Source of the DNA: Vitrella brassicaformis CCMP3155 | Taxonomy: Eukaryota; Protista; Chromerida | Assembly: GCA_001179505.1 (NCBI GenBank) | Contig: CDMY01000460.1 | Span: 1-64,000, forward strand | Direction: 5' to 3' | DNA: 64,000 nt | Shown: piece by piece, positions 11,577 to 23,084 of the stretch | How positions within the stretch are numbered: position 1 is the first letter of the stretch | How the letters are laid out: each line of letters starts with the position of its first letter | The notes under the pieces: model-generated | The model's database searches: none | The model's input: only the letters and a program-made list of their open reading frames with translations | What the model was told of the DNA's origin: nothing | Program-made: the position numbers and the translations under genes

Positions 11577-13781
11577 ATGGCTGACAGCGAGTCGCCTCTG
11601 TATCTTGGGCTGGATCTCAGCACACAGTCACTCAAAGCAGTCGTTATACGACAGGTGAATGAATGCCCATCCAAGCCGACTCATGTCAAGCACGTGCCGT
11701 TTGCCTGTTTGCCCTCTGCAGGACACACTCGAGGTGGTGTGCAGCGCCCGCGTTGGCTTCGATGAGGATCTGCCGCACCACCGCACTGTCAATGGCGTCC
11801 ATCTTGGCAATGAGGGCGAGGCGACATCGCCGCCGCTGATGTGGGTGGAGGCCATGGAGCTGGTGCTCGACAGACTCACAGAACAGCAGTGCCCTTTCCA
11901 ACGCATCGGTACGTGCAGACCAGTCTGCGGCTCAGATTGACTTCTTCGTATGTACGCGCGTGTGTGCGCGCATGTGGTCGTGTCGCCAGTTGGTGTGTCT
12001 GGGTCGGGCCAGCAGCATGGGACTGTTTATTGGGCCAAGGGGGGAGAGCAGGCGCTCAAGGCGCTCGACAAGCAGCAGCAGAGCCTCACAAACCATTTTC
12101 GAAGGGCTTTTGCACTGGATGCGTCGCCCATCTGGATGGACACATCCACTTCTGGTGAGAAAACATCCGCACAATGGACATGTTTCCCTCCATCCACATG
12201 ATCTCGATCTACCTTCCCTCTGCTGCAGCTGAGTGTCAGGCGATGGAGAATTCCATCGGCGGCCCTCTTGCACTGGCCGGCCTGACGGGCTCTCGAGCGT
12301 ACGAGCGATTTTCAGCGCACCAGATACTGCGGCGTTTCAAGAGAGACTCTTCCTTAAGGCATCGCTGTGAACGGATCTCTCTAGTCTCATCCTTCGCCTG
12401 CTCACTGCTCGCCGGCAAATATGTCGATGTCGACTTTGCCGACGCATCAGGTACATGAGGAGCTGCGGAGAGGGTGCTGGAACGGGTGTGCTTTGCCCTC
12501 ACTGCAGGGATGAACCTGATGGACATCAAGTCCCACCAGTGGCACCCATCCCTCGTGTCGTTCCTCGCCCAGTCCATCGGCACCGACCCGGCCCACCTGT
12601 CCGCCCTCCTCGGTGCATCCCCCACGCCCTCCTGGTCCGTCTGCTCAGTCATCGCCCCGCACTATGTGCACAAGTATGGCTTTGATCCGGGCTGTGAAGT
12701 GGTGGCCTGGTCGGGTGACAACCCCAACTCCATCGTGGGTCTGGGGCTGCTCAAGGAGGGCGATATGGCGGTGTCGCTCGGCACGTCAGACACTCTGCTG
12801 GCGGTCGTCAGAGAGCCCAAGGTGAAGGAAGCCGGTCTATGCATTGTCTGGCATTCGCTCATTCATTCATTGTGCGGATGTGGGGTGTCTGCAGGCATTG
12901 TCCATTGGTCACGTAATGGTCCATCCAGCGCTAGAGGGCGCGTACTTCATCATGCTGTGCTACTCGAATGGCGATATCACCAGGAAGAGTGTTAGGGATG
13001 AATTCGCAAAGTAAGCCGACTCACCCAGAGGCTGTGAATGCAGCCATCCATCCGTCTGTGATGGTGTTTGTCAAGCGGTGATTGGGTCGACTTTGCCCGT
13101 CTAGTCGAGAACCATCCGCCCGGCAACAACAGCCACATCGGCGTGTACCTGAGCACCAACGAGTGCACTCCCCCGCTCGACAAGGGCCCTCCGCTGCGCT
13201 TCAAGGTGGACGACAGCGGCCACGCAAAGTCGGAGGACCGCTTTCCGAGCCCATGCATGGTACACACTAGGGAGCGCCTGTGCACAATGAGGCCAGCTCA
13301 TGCCATTGTGCCTCTTCAAGTGCAGGATTGCCGTGCAGTGGTTGAGATGCGTGCCCTGGCGATGCATTCCCACCTGCAGCAGATCGCACCCTCACTCCTC
13401 CAGTCAGCAGCGCCCCCCTCCCCCTCTCGCTCATCACCCCGGCTGCTGCTGACTGGTGGGGCCTCATCCAGCCCCGCCATCCGACAGGTCTTTGCAGACG
13501 TCTTCCAGCGGCCGGTGACCATCCTCGACCGCCCAGACAGTGCGGCACTCGGCGCGGCGTACAGAGCACTGCATGCGTGTGAGAAGAGGAAGGATGGCGA
13601 GCAGTATGGGGAGATTGGTCTGTTTGATCGCATTGGTCGTGCCGGTGAGGTGACGGAGGAGCCGAAAAGGGAGAGCGGGGGCCTGTACCGCATGCTGGCT
13701 GGGGCGTATGGTGATGTGGAAGACATGTTGGTCAAGGAGAGGGGCCGAGTGACACAGCAAGAGCAGCGGGACGGCAAGTGA
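11577..13781 (+). CDS. XYLB: Xylulokinase (FGGY carbohydrate kinase, XYLB type)
   Basis: LYLGLDLSTQSLK, GSGQQHGTVYW, SPIWMDTST, GSRAYERFSAHQI, ISLVSSF, GMNLMDI, VSLGTSDT and LLTGGASS...VFADVF. Multi-exon. Confidence 0.93.
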
Positions 13782-14050
13782 CGGTCGTATTGTTGCAGTG
13801 CAGACTGGGCTCAGTGTCGTGTTGTGGTGACTGAGCGACGGTTTTGTGCTGTGTCGTGTCTGGATCTCTCACGTGAATTGATTGCTCCTTCGTCCGTCCA
13901 CTTTCACGAACGCAAGCCAAAAAGAGCGCGCAGCCATTCAGCCATCACTCACTCACCATCCATATCCATCCATCCATCCAGTCAGGTACTGGAGGCCACG
14001 CCAGGCAGACAGACACTCAGACATTCATTCAGCCACTCACTCGAACTCCT

Positions 14051-14070
14051 TCATTCTGCAGACCAAACAC

Positions 14071-14104
<34 letters not shown>

Positions 14105-14523
14105 GCGCATTGTGGGTGTACGTGTGGTGTCGCACCTGGTTTTGATGGCGGGCAGCTCCTTGTCGACGGTGTTGATGATCCACGCGCGGATGGCCGGGTC
14201 GAGCTCCAGCTCAGCCTCTGCCCATGCCTTGGAGTCCTCGATGTGGTTGGCGAGATTCTTCATCAGCGCCACGTCTTGGTCACGGAGGCAATCCTGAATG
14301 ATGACGCAATCAAGTGAATGATTAATTGACTGACTGCTTCTTGTTCACTCACCCACTCACTCACTCACTCATGCACTCACCTTGGGGAGGGCGAGCAGTG
14401 CTTTGATCTGATTCACATCCACCTGCACAGCGACCAGCGCCTGCTGGTTGGGCGTGGGGATGTGGGCAGGGCAAAGCAGGGAAAGCTCCTCCTCCATCAA
14501 ACGCTTCAGTTGCTCGTTCTGCA
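14051..14523 (-). CDS. Hypothetical protein (MQNEQLKRLMEEEL...; MKNLANHIEDSKAWAEAEL...)
   Basis: Two coding-like exons separated by a gtgag...cag intron with (tgag)n repeats. Confidence 0.4.
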
Positions 14524-14619
14524 TGATTCGCACCACACGACACCGCTGCACACCACAATGCCGGCGTGTTGGACTCGTTTAAACGTTCCGTTTACATGAG
14601 CGGAGTGCCGAGTGTTGGT

Positions 14620-15330
14620 TCCCCGGGTTGGACAGCGAGGGATGCGAAGTGCGGGCGCGGCGTGAACCCTGACGCCAAGAAGAAGGTCGGCCGACAATAC
14701 GGCCTGCAGATCTCTCCGTGCCTGCGCCCACGTGTGTGTGTTTGTTGGCTCTGTAGGCGGCGGCGAAGGCCACCCGTGGGAAGGCCAACGAGTCGGAGGT
14801 GAGTGTGCTGGATAGATACATAGATCTGACACGGACAGATCTGACACAGACAGATCTGACACAGACAGATCTGACACAGACAGATCTGATACAGACAGAT
14901 CTGGACGGACGGACGGATGGATGGATGGACAAACAAATGCCTTTTCTGTCTGCTGCCTGTATGTGCCTATCTGCTCAGAGCGACGAAGACGAACTCATCA
15001 TTTATCCCACGGACTCCGACAACGAGGCCCTGGACGACGAAGAGGCGGAGGAATACGACAAGGGCGGGAGGAAGGAGCTGGAGGAGCTCAGGGCCGCCCG
15101 AGCGCAGGCCGCCGCCGAACGTGCCGCCGAGAAGGCCCGCAAGGAGGAGACAGAGCGCCGCAAGGAAAGGCGCAAGGCCGCGAAGAAGCGCAAGGCCGAG
15201 GACGACGCCTGCCTCCGAGAGGAGCTGGACGGGTTCATTAAGAAGCAGCAGCGGGCCCCCTCGTCCCGGAGTTTGCCTCCCAGGCGGTGCGCGACCACTA
15301 CGCCCCGTTCAACAAGAAGACCCGCTGCTG
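14620..15330 (+). pseudogene. Acidic/coiled-coil gene copy 2 with 1-bp deletion
   Basis: Inverted paralog of 1503-2140. Copy 2 has cagcagc-gggccccc where copy 1 has cagcagctgggccccc, which shifts the C-terminal frame. Confidence 0.6.
14818..14905. repeat. 15-bp intronic minisatellite (cagatctgacacaga)n
   Basis: About 6 units here versus about 3 at 1925-1960. Confidence 0.85.
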
Positions 15331-16313
15331 AACTACGCACACACACAGACACATGCAGCTAGAGCGGGCGAGCCGGGAGAGGGAGAGGGGAATAGAATAG
15401 GCATGAGGGGATAAGTATGATGGATGGGATGTGATTTCTGATGTGTACGGTGTAATTTCGGCACTTGCAACCAACTCTATACACACATACACATAATATA
15501 CACACATACTCATGGATGGATGGATTGATGGATGGACGAGCACACCGCCTACATACACGACTGTCCACCCCTCTGCAACACAGCGCTGCTGCTATGACAA
15601 CTGACTGATTTTTTCCCTCGTGTCGAGTTACCTAGCTGACCGGGGCCACCGACCAGCACAAAAAACAACCTTTGGCGTTACTGAACGCCACCATGTGATG
15701 CGCATTGACAGGCGGCTGGGCTGGCTGCCTGTATGAATGATGCTTTGGGTGGGTGCGTAGCTTGGGGTGGGTGGACGGTAGGTGTGTGGGGTGGTCAGTC
15801 ATGTATTCATTGACCAACACGCACACACGCACACACGGACAGGTGTCTGTCCACACACACACAGAAGATGGATGGATGGATGCCACAGGCAGGCAGGCAG
15901 GCAGACATATAGACAGTGACGGCCCTTCCTTCCACCATGCGGATGCACGGACAGACAATCTGATCGATATCCACAAACGCTTGCTGGCCAGCTGGCTAGC
16001 TCTGATCTCTCGCTCCGTCGCTTGCTCGCCCCAACGCTCCTCCCACTCTCTCTGGCGACAGACGGCCACACACGACAGCACAACCCACCTACATACATCT
16101 TGTGTTGGCCTGCCTGCCTGCCTGACTGCTTACTTGGTTGTTTATTGGTGTGTGCTGTCCTCCTTGCCTCCGCCATTGTCCTCTACCGCCATTGGCGCAT
16201 CCTCTGCGACAATCCATCCACACAACCGGAGGTAGAGAGGGAGGGAGGGAGTTTGTCGAATGCCGATTGCAGACAGACACGTGGATGGATGGATGGATGG
16301 ATGCTCATACAGC

Positions 16314-17931
16314 TCATGTAAGGTACGTACCAGTGTTGGCGATGGCAGGGGCATCGTCGTCGTTTTCTGTGTCCGCGTCATGGCTCGTGCTGCCGTCGTC
16401 ATGTGTGGACACATCACCGCCACCCTCCTTCCCCTCCTCGCTACCGCTCGAGCTGCTCGTGTCGTCGTCGTCGTATTCTAGCCCCGCCACCAGATACATC
16501 CACCGGGGGAAAACTGCACACACAGACACATGGGTCCATGTTGCAACACGTTTCGTGCCCTCCTGTCTGTCGATTCATTCCTGGGTGCGTACATGCGGCC
16601 GACTGAGGGTACATTTGCGAGAACCGAAGCTCGTCATCCGCAACAGACGCCCTCGGCTCTGTCGTGACCGCCAGCACGTTCACTGCACACACACACACAG
16701 ACACACGGAGACAGACAGGCAGAGCCCGAAATAGGCCATAGACACACCCGCCAATGAACCCACCCGCCCACCGACGCACCTTGGTCTTCGCGAGGGCCTT
16801 CCCTGACGCCGTAGACTGTGGCGAAGGGGTGGTCGAGCGGCGTGAGCACCGCATACCGATGGTGCACACCGGCGGGGTACTCTATCGCCATCACGGCCGA
16901 GGCGCCCGCGACATTGCCGACAAACGGACGGTGCACTGACCGGTCGAGCCGGGCCATCACGCCAGCATCTATCTTATGTCTGCAGCCACCCACCCAGCCA
17001 ATCACGCACATGACCAAGGCAGAGATTTCATCATGTGGCACTCCCTCCCTCCCTCCCTCCCTCTTTCACCCACCGACTGACCGTTGTGTATCGATAGAGG
17101 TGTGCGAGCCATACATTCGCGCCGAGATGGTGTGCATGAGGTAGGACGAGAAGGACGCCTCGACCATGTCGTCGTCCCGCACATGGTCTTGACCGTCGCC
17201 GTAGACGCTGATGCGGTGGGCCACGATGGGGTTGTGCGGGTCGGTGTGCTGCTGGAACCGGTGGTCGGCGGGGAGGGGCGGGGAGAGGCGGATCTGGAAG
17301 GCCTCCTCGTCCTTGATGGCGCGCATACCGCCATGGCCGTCGTCGAAGAGCTCGAACCGGCCCAACTCGCCAAAGTCGACCTGCCTGCCCACCATCTTCC
17401 ACAGCGCCACCACACGGGGCTCCGCCAGAAACGCCTGTACACACGTGACCAATCAATAACCATCCAGCCACACGTGTGCATTCATTGCCTGGACCGCCTT
17501 GATCAGGTACCTACCTGCTTGGTGCGATGCCTCTGGAGGTCCTCCCGCGTGATGATGGCCGGCAGCTGGCAGAACCTGCACTGGCTGGCGAATCGCAGGG
17601 CGTCTGCCGCCTCGTCCCACCGCTGGTGCTCCACCAGCCACAGGCACTTGAGCTCCTCGGCAGCTTCCAGGCCGCTGTGGGGGTCACCGAACGACACCAC
17701 AGTGTCCAGCCGTGTGCCGTCGTCGAGGCGCTTGGCGTGCAGCGCTCGTCTTAGTCGTCCGCTGAGGAGGCCTGGGGGGGTGTCGATGAGGAAGGGAGCC
17801 GCTGCGCGAATGCTGCCGAGGTCTATCAGGCTATACAAATCGAGGTGGTCTTCACGATGGATGAAGTCCAGGCATTGGCCACGAAACGACGGCCAAGCCC
17901 TATCGGTGCTCCTGCTCTGCGCGTTTCCCAT
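16314..17931 (-). CDS. Lineage-expanded family protein (MGNAQS...LGSIRAAAPFL...RWDEAADALRFA...), acidic C-terminus
   Basis: Exons in ORFs 17503-17943, 17066-17452, 16634-17041 and 16314-16529, with gt-ag boundaries. Confidence 0.65.
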
Positions 17932-18780
17932 CAGTCGGATCAAACAGGAGCTTCTTTCCTAACCTCAACAACTGAACGTCAAAAACTGAATGCCTCCCCT
18001 TTTCCCGAAAGGGGGGCTCTCTAACCCATATCTGAAGTTTGCGAGTGAATCCATCTGCCGCATAGGATGGCTGACCCAGCGTAGCATAGGATGGGCAAGT
18101 GTCACGTCTCCTAGCCACACAAGGTAAGGATAGACCGACTGTCGCAGACACTCTCACTTATCGAGCTCCCTGACTGCAGACACTCTCACCCACCCCATGA
18201 ACCGCTCCATCCATCCGTCCGTCCGTCCATCCCCCCTTTCATCATGCTGACTAAAACAAGAGCCCGGGCTTCATTCACAGATAACCGACTGACTTGACTG
18301 GCTGACTGGTGCATGAGTCTCAGACAGACAGACAGACAGACAGAGACAGACAGACACAGACAGACAGACAGACAGGATACACATGGTGTCCTCCCGCTCC
18401 CCGTGCCACACACAAAGCGAACGAGAGGATGTGTGTACACACGTACATGTACGTACGTATCCAAACATACACACATGGGTATAATATACTGTACAGGTGG
18501 TCACATCGCACGTGTGGAAAGTACACACCACACCCTCGACCGATAGCGAACTTCCCTGCCGCCCGCCGCGGTGTCTGTCTTCTCTCCTGCCTTTCCGCTC
18601 CGTTGCAACAGGCGGTGACAATGCTGCCAGACACCATGGACGGCCTCGTGCAGCATTGGCCCTGCCCAGAGCAACGCAGGAGAAGGACAGAGAGACACAC
18701 AGCAAACATCTGTATGCACACACGAAACGGAAAAAGAAATTCCCGACGGACATTGACAACAGCTATTGCTGTATGTTGAC
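17455..18780. repeat. ~1.3 kb direct duplicate of 21581-22900
   Basis: ataaccatccagccacacgtgtg... is essentially identical for about 0.3 kb, then diverges through the first exon and upstream noncoding DNA. Confidence 0.92.
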
Positions 18781-20596
18781 GTGCTTTGGGCTTGTAAGGC
18801 ATTAGATTCAGACACATCAGAACACAACCAACACAACCAACATGCAGTGAGTCAGTCATATATAGGCCATGCTCGACCATCCAGCCCCTCGCCACGCCAC
18901 CACACCGATGCCGCACCTGCCCTGCCTGCATACAGCACAACACAGAGTAGGCAAGTCGTGTCGTCCGTCTATCAGAACGCACCCATGAGGCAGGCGTCAC
19001 TCCCACACAACCAAATCAGACGTGGACTCCAGCAGTATGTCACCTGCATGCGCACACAGGCACAGGCAGCCAGACGAGGAGGGGGCTGATGGCGTCCACG
19101 CAGCTCTCATAAATGCGTACCGTAGTCTGCCGGCGTTTTCCACGAGCGTCGCCACACGACACTGGTGCCACCGATGAAGATACTGTCTCTAAGGCGCCAA
19201 ACACACCAGACCTGGCACACCAAGAATTGACGGCAGACGGCGAGGTGTGCGCGGGAAGGCATCGACTCAGAAAAACACAGAGGGGGGCAAACACACGCAC
19301 AGAGAGAAATAACCGAGGCATGTGATATGCACGTCTCTCGTAGTGTTTGTGTGCCGCTAGAGAGAAGGTGAAGATGGATGTCTTTTGCCGTGCATTGTGT
19401 GCAGTCACTGCTGTGTCGGTGGTCGTCGAGGGCGCGCACAAGGCAAGAGGGAGACAAGACGGCACATGGTTAGCAGAATGTTGTGTTAGCATGTGCGTGG
19501 TGGACTCTAGCCGACCGACGAACCGTGGAGACCAATGAAGGTGTCTGGCTTCAACCGCTCACCAGCAGCGCATTCAACCACCCACCAAGTCACACACAGA
19601 ACTCTGCTCGGTTCACATGCATCGACAACGCCATCCACCGTCAGATGTCAGAGTGAATCTATCAAACACGAGGGGGACAGTGTGCATCATTGTGTGGTCG
19701 TCTACGGCAAGTGTGGACGAAGAGTTTTTCGTGCCATTACGCCCGACTGGGACGCAGCGTCTCTCTGGTAGTGTTCGGTTCTGCTTATGCAAGCTACGGT
19801 CTTTCTACACTCCTGTCAGTATCACACATGCACTATACGCTTCTTTCGACATTGAGACACGCGACATCAACCCCAACACGCAACTTGATCTCCCGCCGCA
19901 GATCACATCCGATATCAGTGTGCAACGAGGGTGGACGTAAGAGACAGTCCTCACTTGACATGAACAGAGGAAGGGCGAGAGAGAGAGTGAGAGAGACGTC
20001 ACAGTGAATATGATGATCAGACAGACAGACGCTGGCAGAGTAGATGAGAAAAGACGCACCTGCCCCCCACGAGCAGGCAGCGAGTAGTGTGTATGGAGAG
20101 AGACGGAATCATGAGATGTGAGCACGAGCAGCCGGCCGGCCACAGCAGCAGAAGAGTGAAGGAAGCAATCCAAATCTCTCCCGTCCCAGCCCCTCCCCCT
20201 CACTCCCCTGGCCCACATCCATCCCATTCAGACATACCCAACCAGGCAGACAGGCAGGCAGGCAGACAGGCAGAGATACGGGCAGATGAGATATTACACA
20301 CAACAGCGGCAGCAGGCAGGCAGACCGTATGTACCGTCGGTAAGAACATCCATCCCATGCGACCGTCAGAACATGCACATGCACATGCCCCTCCCCTCGT
20401 GTGTCGCTTTCGAAGCCCCTCCCTAGTTTTGGGAGGGACCCAGCCAGCCAGATGCCTACCCTACGTACATAGCCCAATTGTGTATGAAAGAATACCACAC
20501 GTGTGGATAGCCACTCAGAGAGCAACCGCCCCCTCTGTGGCTTCCCTGTGCGTATGTCGGGGTGTGAATTTCACGTCCGGCCGTCTCCATGCTCAA

Positions 20597-21231
20597 TCAG
20601 CCGAACACCCGCGAACCGTGGTTCTCCAGCTGGCCTAGGCCGAAGAAAAGGTCGCGGTTGATTTTAAAAACGTCTGCAAAACACACAGACGCACACGAGT
20701 AGGGGAGGATTCAGACACACACACACACACACACGGTGTGGCAAGCGATGCAGACTCGTGTGGCCCTTTCTCACTCAACTTACCACCCTGATATGCCTTG
20801 CCAGAGTTGACAAAGAGGTTGTTGCCGATGCCCTTGGGGCCGGTGTTGTAGGCCGACTGCCCTGGAGCAGCCAAGCGGGAACTGGCCGGCAGCTTGCGTA
20901 AACGGGCGCCTTCCTTGTTCTTCGACGCATCATCAGCACCAGCAGCATCGACATCGTCATGGAGGCGGATGAAGCCGATGATGCAGTACTTGCCGTTCTC
21001 GCTGGCCATCCCCTTCTCGCCGCATCCCTTCTCGCCGCCCTTGGTGTTGGGTGTCAGCAGGCGGGCGAAGCCGCTGCCGTCCGAGAAGATCTCGAGGATG
21101 TCACCGCCCTGGAAGGTGACCTGGAGGGCGTTGACGTCCACGATGCGCTCCATCTGCTGCACCTTGTAGTAGCGCTCCATCTCATGCTTGCCGTCCGGCG
21201 TTTTGAGACCGCCCAGGTAAAAGGCGTCAAC
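20597..21231 (-). CDS. Orphan 3' exons of an unidentified, conserved-looking enzyme
   Basis: Spliced translation: VDAFYLGGLKTPDGKHEMERYYKV...KYCIIGFIRLH...QSAYNTGPKGIGNNLFVNSGKAYQG|DVFKINRDLFFGLGQLENHGSRVFG*. The 5' part is lost at the gap. Confidence 0.5.
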
Positions 21232-21599
21232 CTGCAGGGGAGTGGAGAGCGCACGCATGAAGATAGATGGCGTGCAGGGGNNNNNNNNNNNNNNNNNNNN
21301 NNNNNNNNNNNNNNNNNNNNNNNNNNNNNNNNNNNNNNNNNNNNNNNNNNNNNNNNNNNNNNNNNNNNNNNNNNNNNNNNNNNNNNNNNNNNNNNNNNNN
21401 NNNNNNNNNNNNNNNNNNNNNNNNNNNNNNNNNNNNNNNNNNNNNNNNNNNNNNNNNNNNNNNNNNNNNNNNNNNNNNNNNNNNNNNNNNNNNNNNNNNN
21501 NNNNNNNNNNNNNNNNNNNNNNNNNNNNNNNNNNNNNNNNNNNNNNNNNNNNNNNNNNNNNNNNNNNNNNNNNNNNNNNNATAACCATCCAGCCACACG

Positions 21600-22059
21600 T
21601 GTGCATTCATTGCCTGGACCGCCTTGATCAGGTACCTACCTGCTTGGTGCGATGCCTCTGGAGGTCCTCCCGCGTGATGATGGCCGGCAGCTGGCAGAAC
21701 CTGCACTGGCTGGCGAATCGCAGGGCGTCTGCCGCCTCGTCCCACCGCTGGTGCTCCACCAGCCACAGGCACTTGAGCTCCTCGGCAGCTTCCAGGCCGC
21801 TGTGGGGGTCACCGAACGACACCACAGTGTCCAGCCGTGTGCCGTCGTCGAGGCGCTTGGCGTGCAGCGCTCGTCTGAGTCGTCCGCTGAGGAGGCCAGG
21901 GGGGGTGTCGATGAGGAAGGGAGCCGCTGCGCGAATGCTGCCGAGGTCTCTCAGGGTATATAACAGGTCTCGCTGGTCTTCGCGATGGATGAAGTCCAGG
22001 CATTGGCCACGAAACGACGGCCAAGCCCTATCGGCGCTCCTGCTGCGCACGTTGCCCAT
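21600..22059 (-). CDS. Second copy of the MGN... family first exon (rest in gap)
   Basis: ORF 21628-22071 is a close paralog of 17503-17943. Confidence 0.6.
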
Positions 22060-23084
22060 CAGTCGGATCAACTACAAAATAACAATATTGGATTTCAGTC
22101 AGAACTCTTCGTCGATCGCCAAGCGATGTCCTTTTCCCGCAAACAGCTGACTCTAACCCATTTCTGAAGCCCGGCGAGTGAATTCATTCGCCGCAAAGGA
22201 TGGCTGACCCAGCGTAGCGTAGGATGGGTAAGTGTCACGTCTCCTAGCCAGACAAGATAAGGATACACCGACTGTCGCAGACACTCTCACTTCTCCAGCT
22301 CCCTGACTGCAGACACTCTCACCCACTCCATGAACCGCTCCATCCATTCGTCCGTCCGTCCGTCCATCCATCCATCCCCCCTTGCATCATGCTGACTAAA
22401 ACAAGAGCCCGGGCTTCATTCACAGATAACTGACTGACTTGGCTGACTGACTGGTGGATGAGACAGACAGACAGACAGGATACCCACGGTGTCCTGCCGC
22501 CTCCGGTCGGTGCAGCACGGCCAAAACGAACGAGAGATGTGTGTACACACGTACATGTACGTACGTATCCAAACATACATAGGTATCATATACTGTACAG
22601 GTGGTCACATCGCACGTGTGAAAAGTACACACCACACCCTCGACCAGCCGCGATCTTCCCTGCCCGTCTGCCGCGGTGTCTGTCTTCTCTTCTGCCTTTC
22701 CGCTCCGTTGCAACAGGCGGCGTGAATGCTGCCAGACACCACGGACGGCATCGTGCAGCATTGGCCCTGCCCACGGCAACGCAGCAGAAGGACACAGAGA
22801 CACACAGCAGACATCTGTATGCACACACGAAACGGAAAAAGCAACTCCCCGACGGACATCAACAACACTAAGGCAACCCATGGTCGCTCGCTCACTGATG
22901 TGTTCTACTGCTGACACAGGGATGAATCCCTCAATCCATCCACCCATCAATCTTCACTCGCACATGCATCCTGTCCCGTCAGTCATGCCCGCACGGCATT
23001 CTCAGGCAGATTGGGAAGGGTCGACGTCGCCAACAGCGACCCACAACGCTGAACACACACTCACACAGAGAGGAATCGATCACA

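Noticed and set aside
20775-21231. ELP3-like call from IIGFIRL
   Set aside because: The flanking ELP3 motifs (RELHVYG, QHxGxG) are absent.
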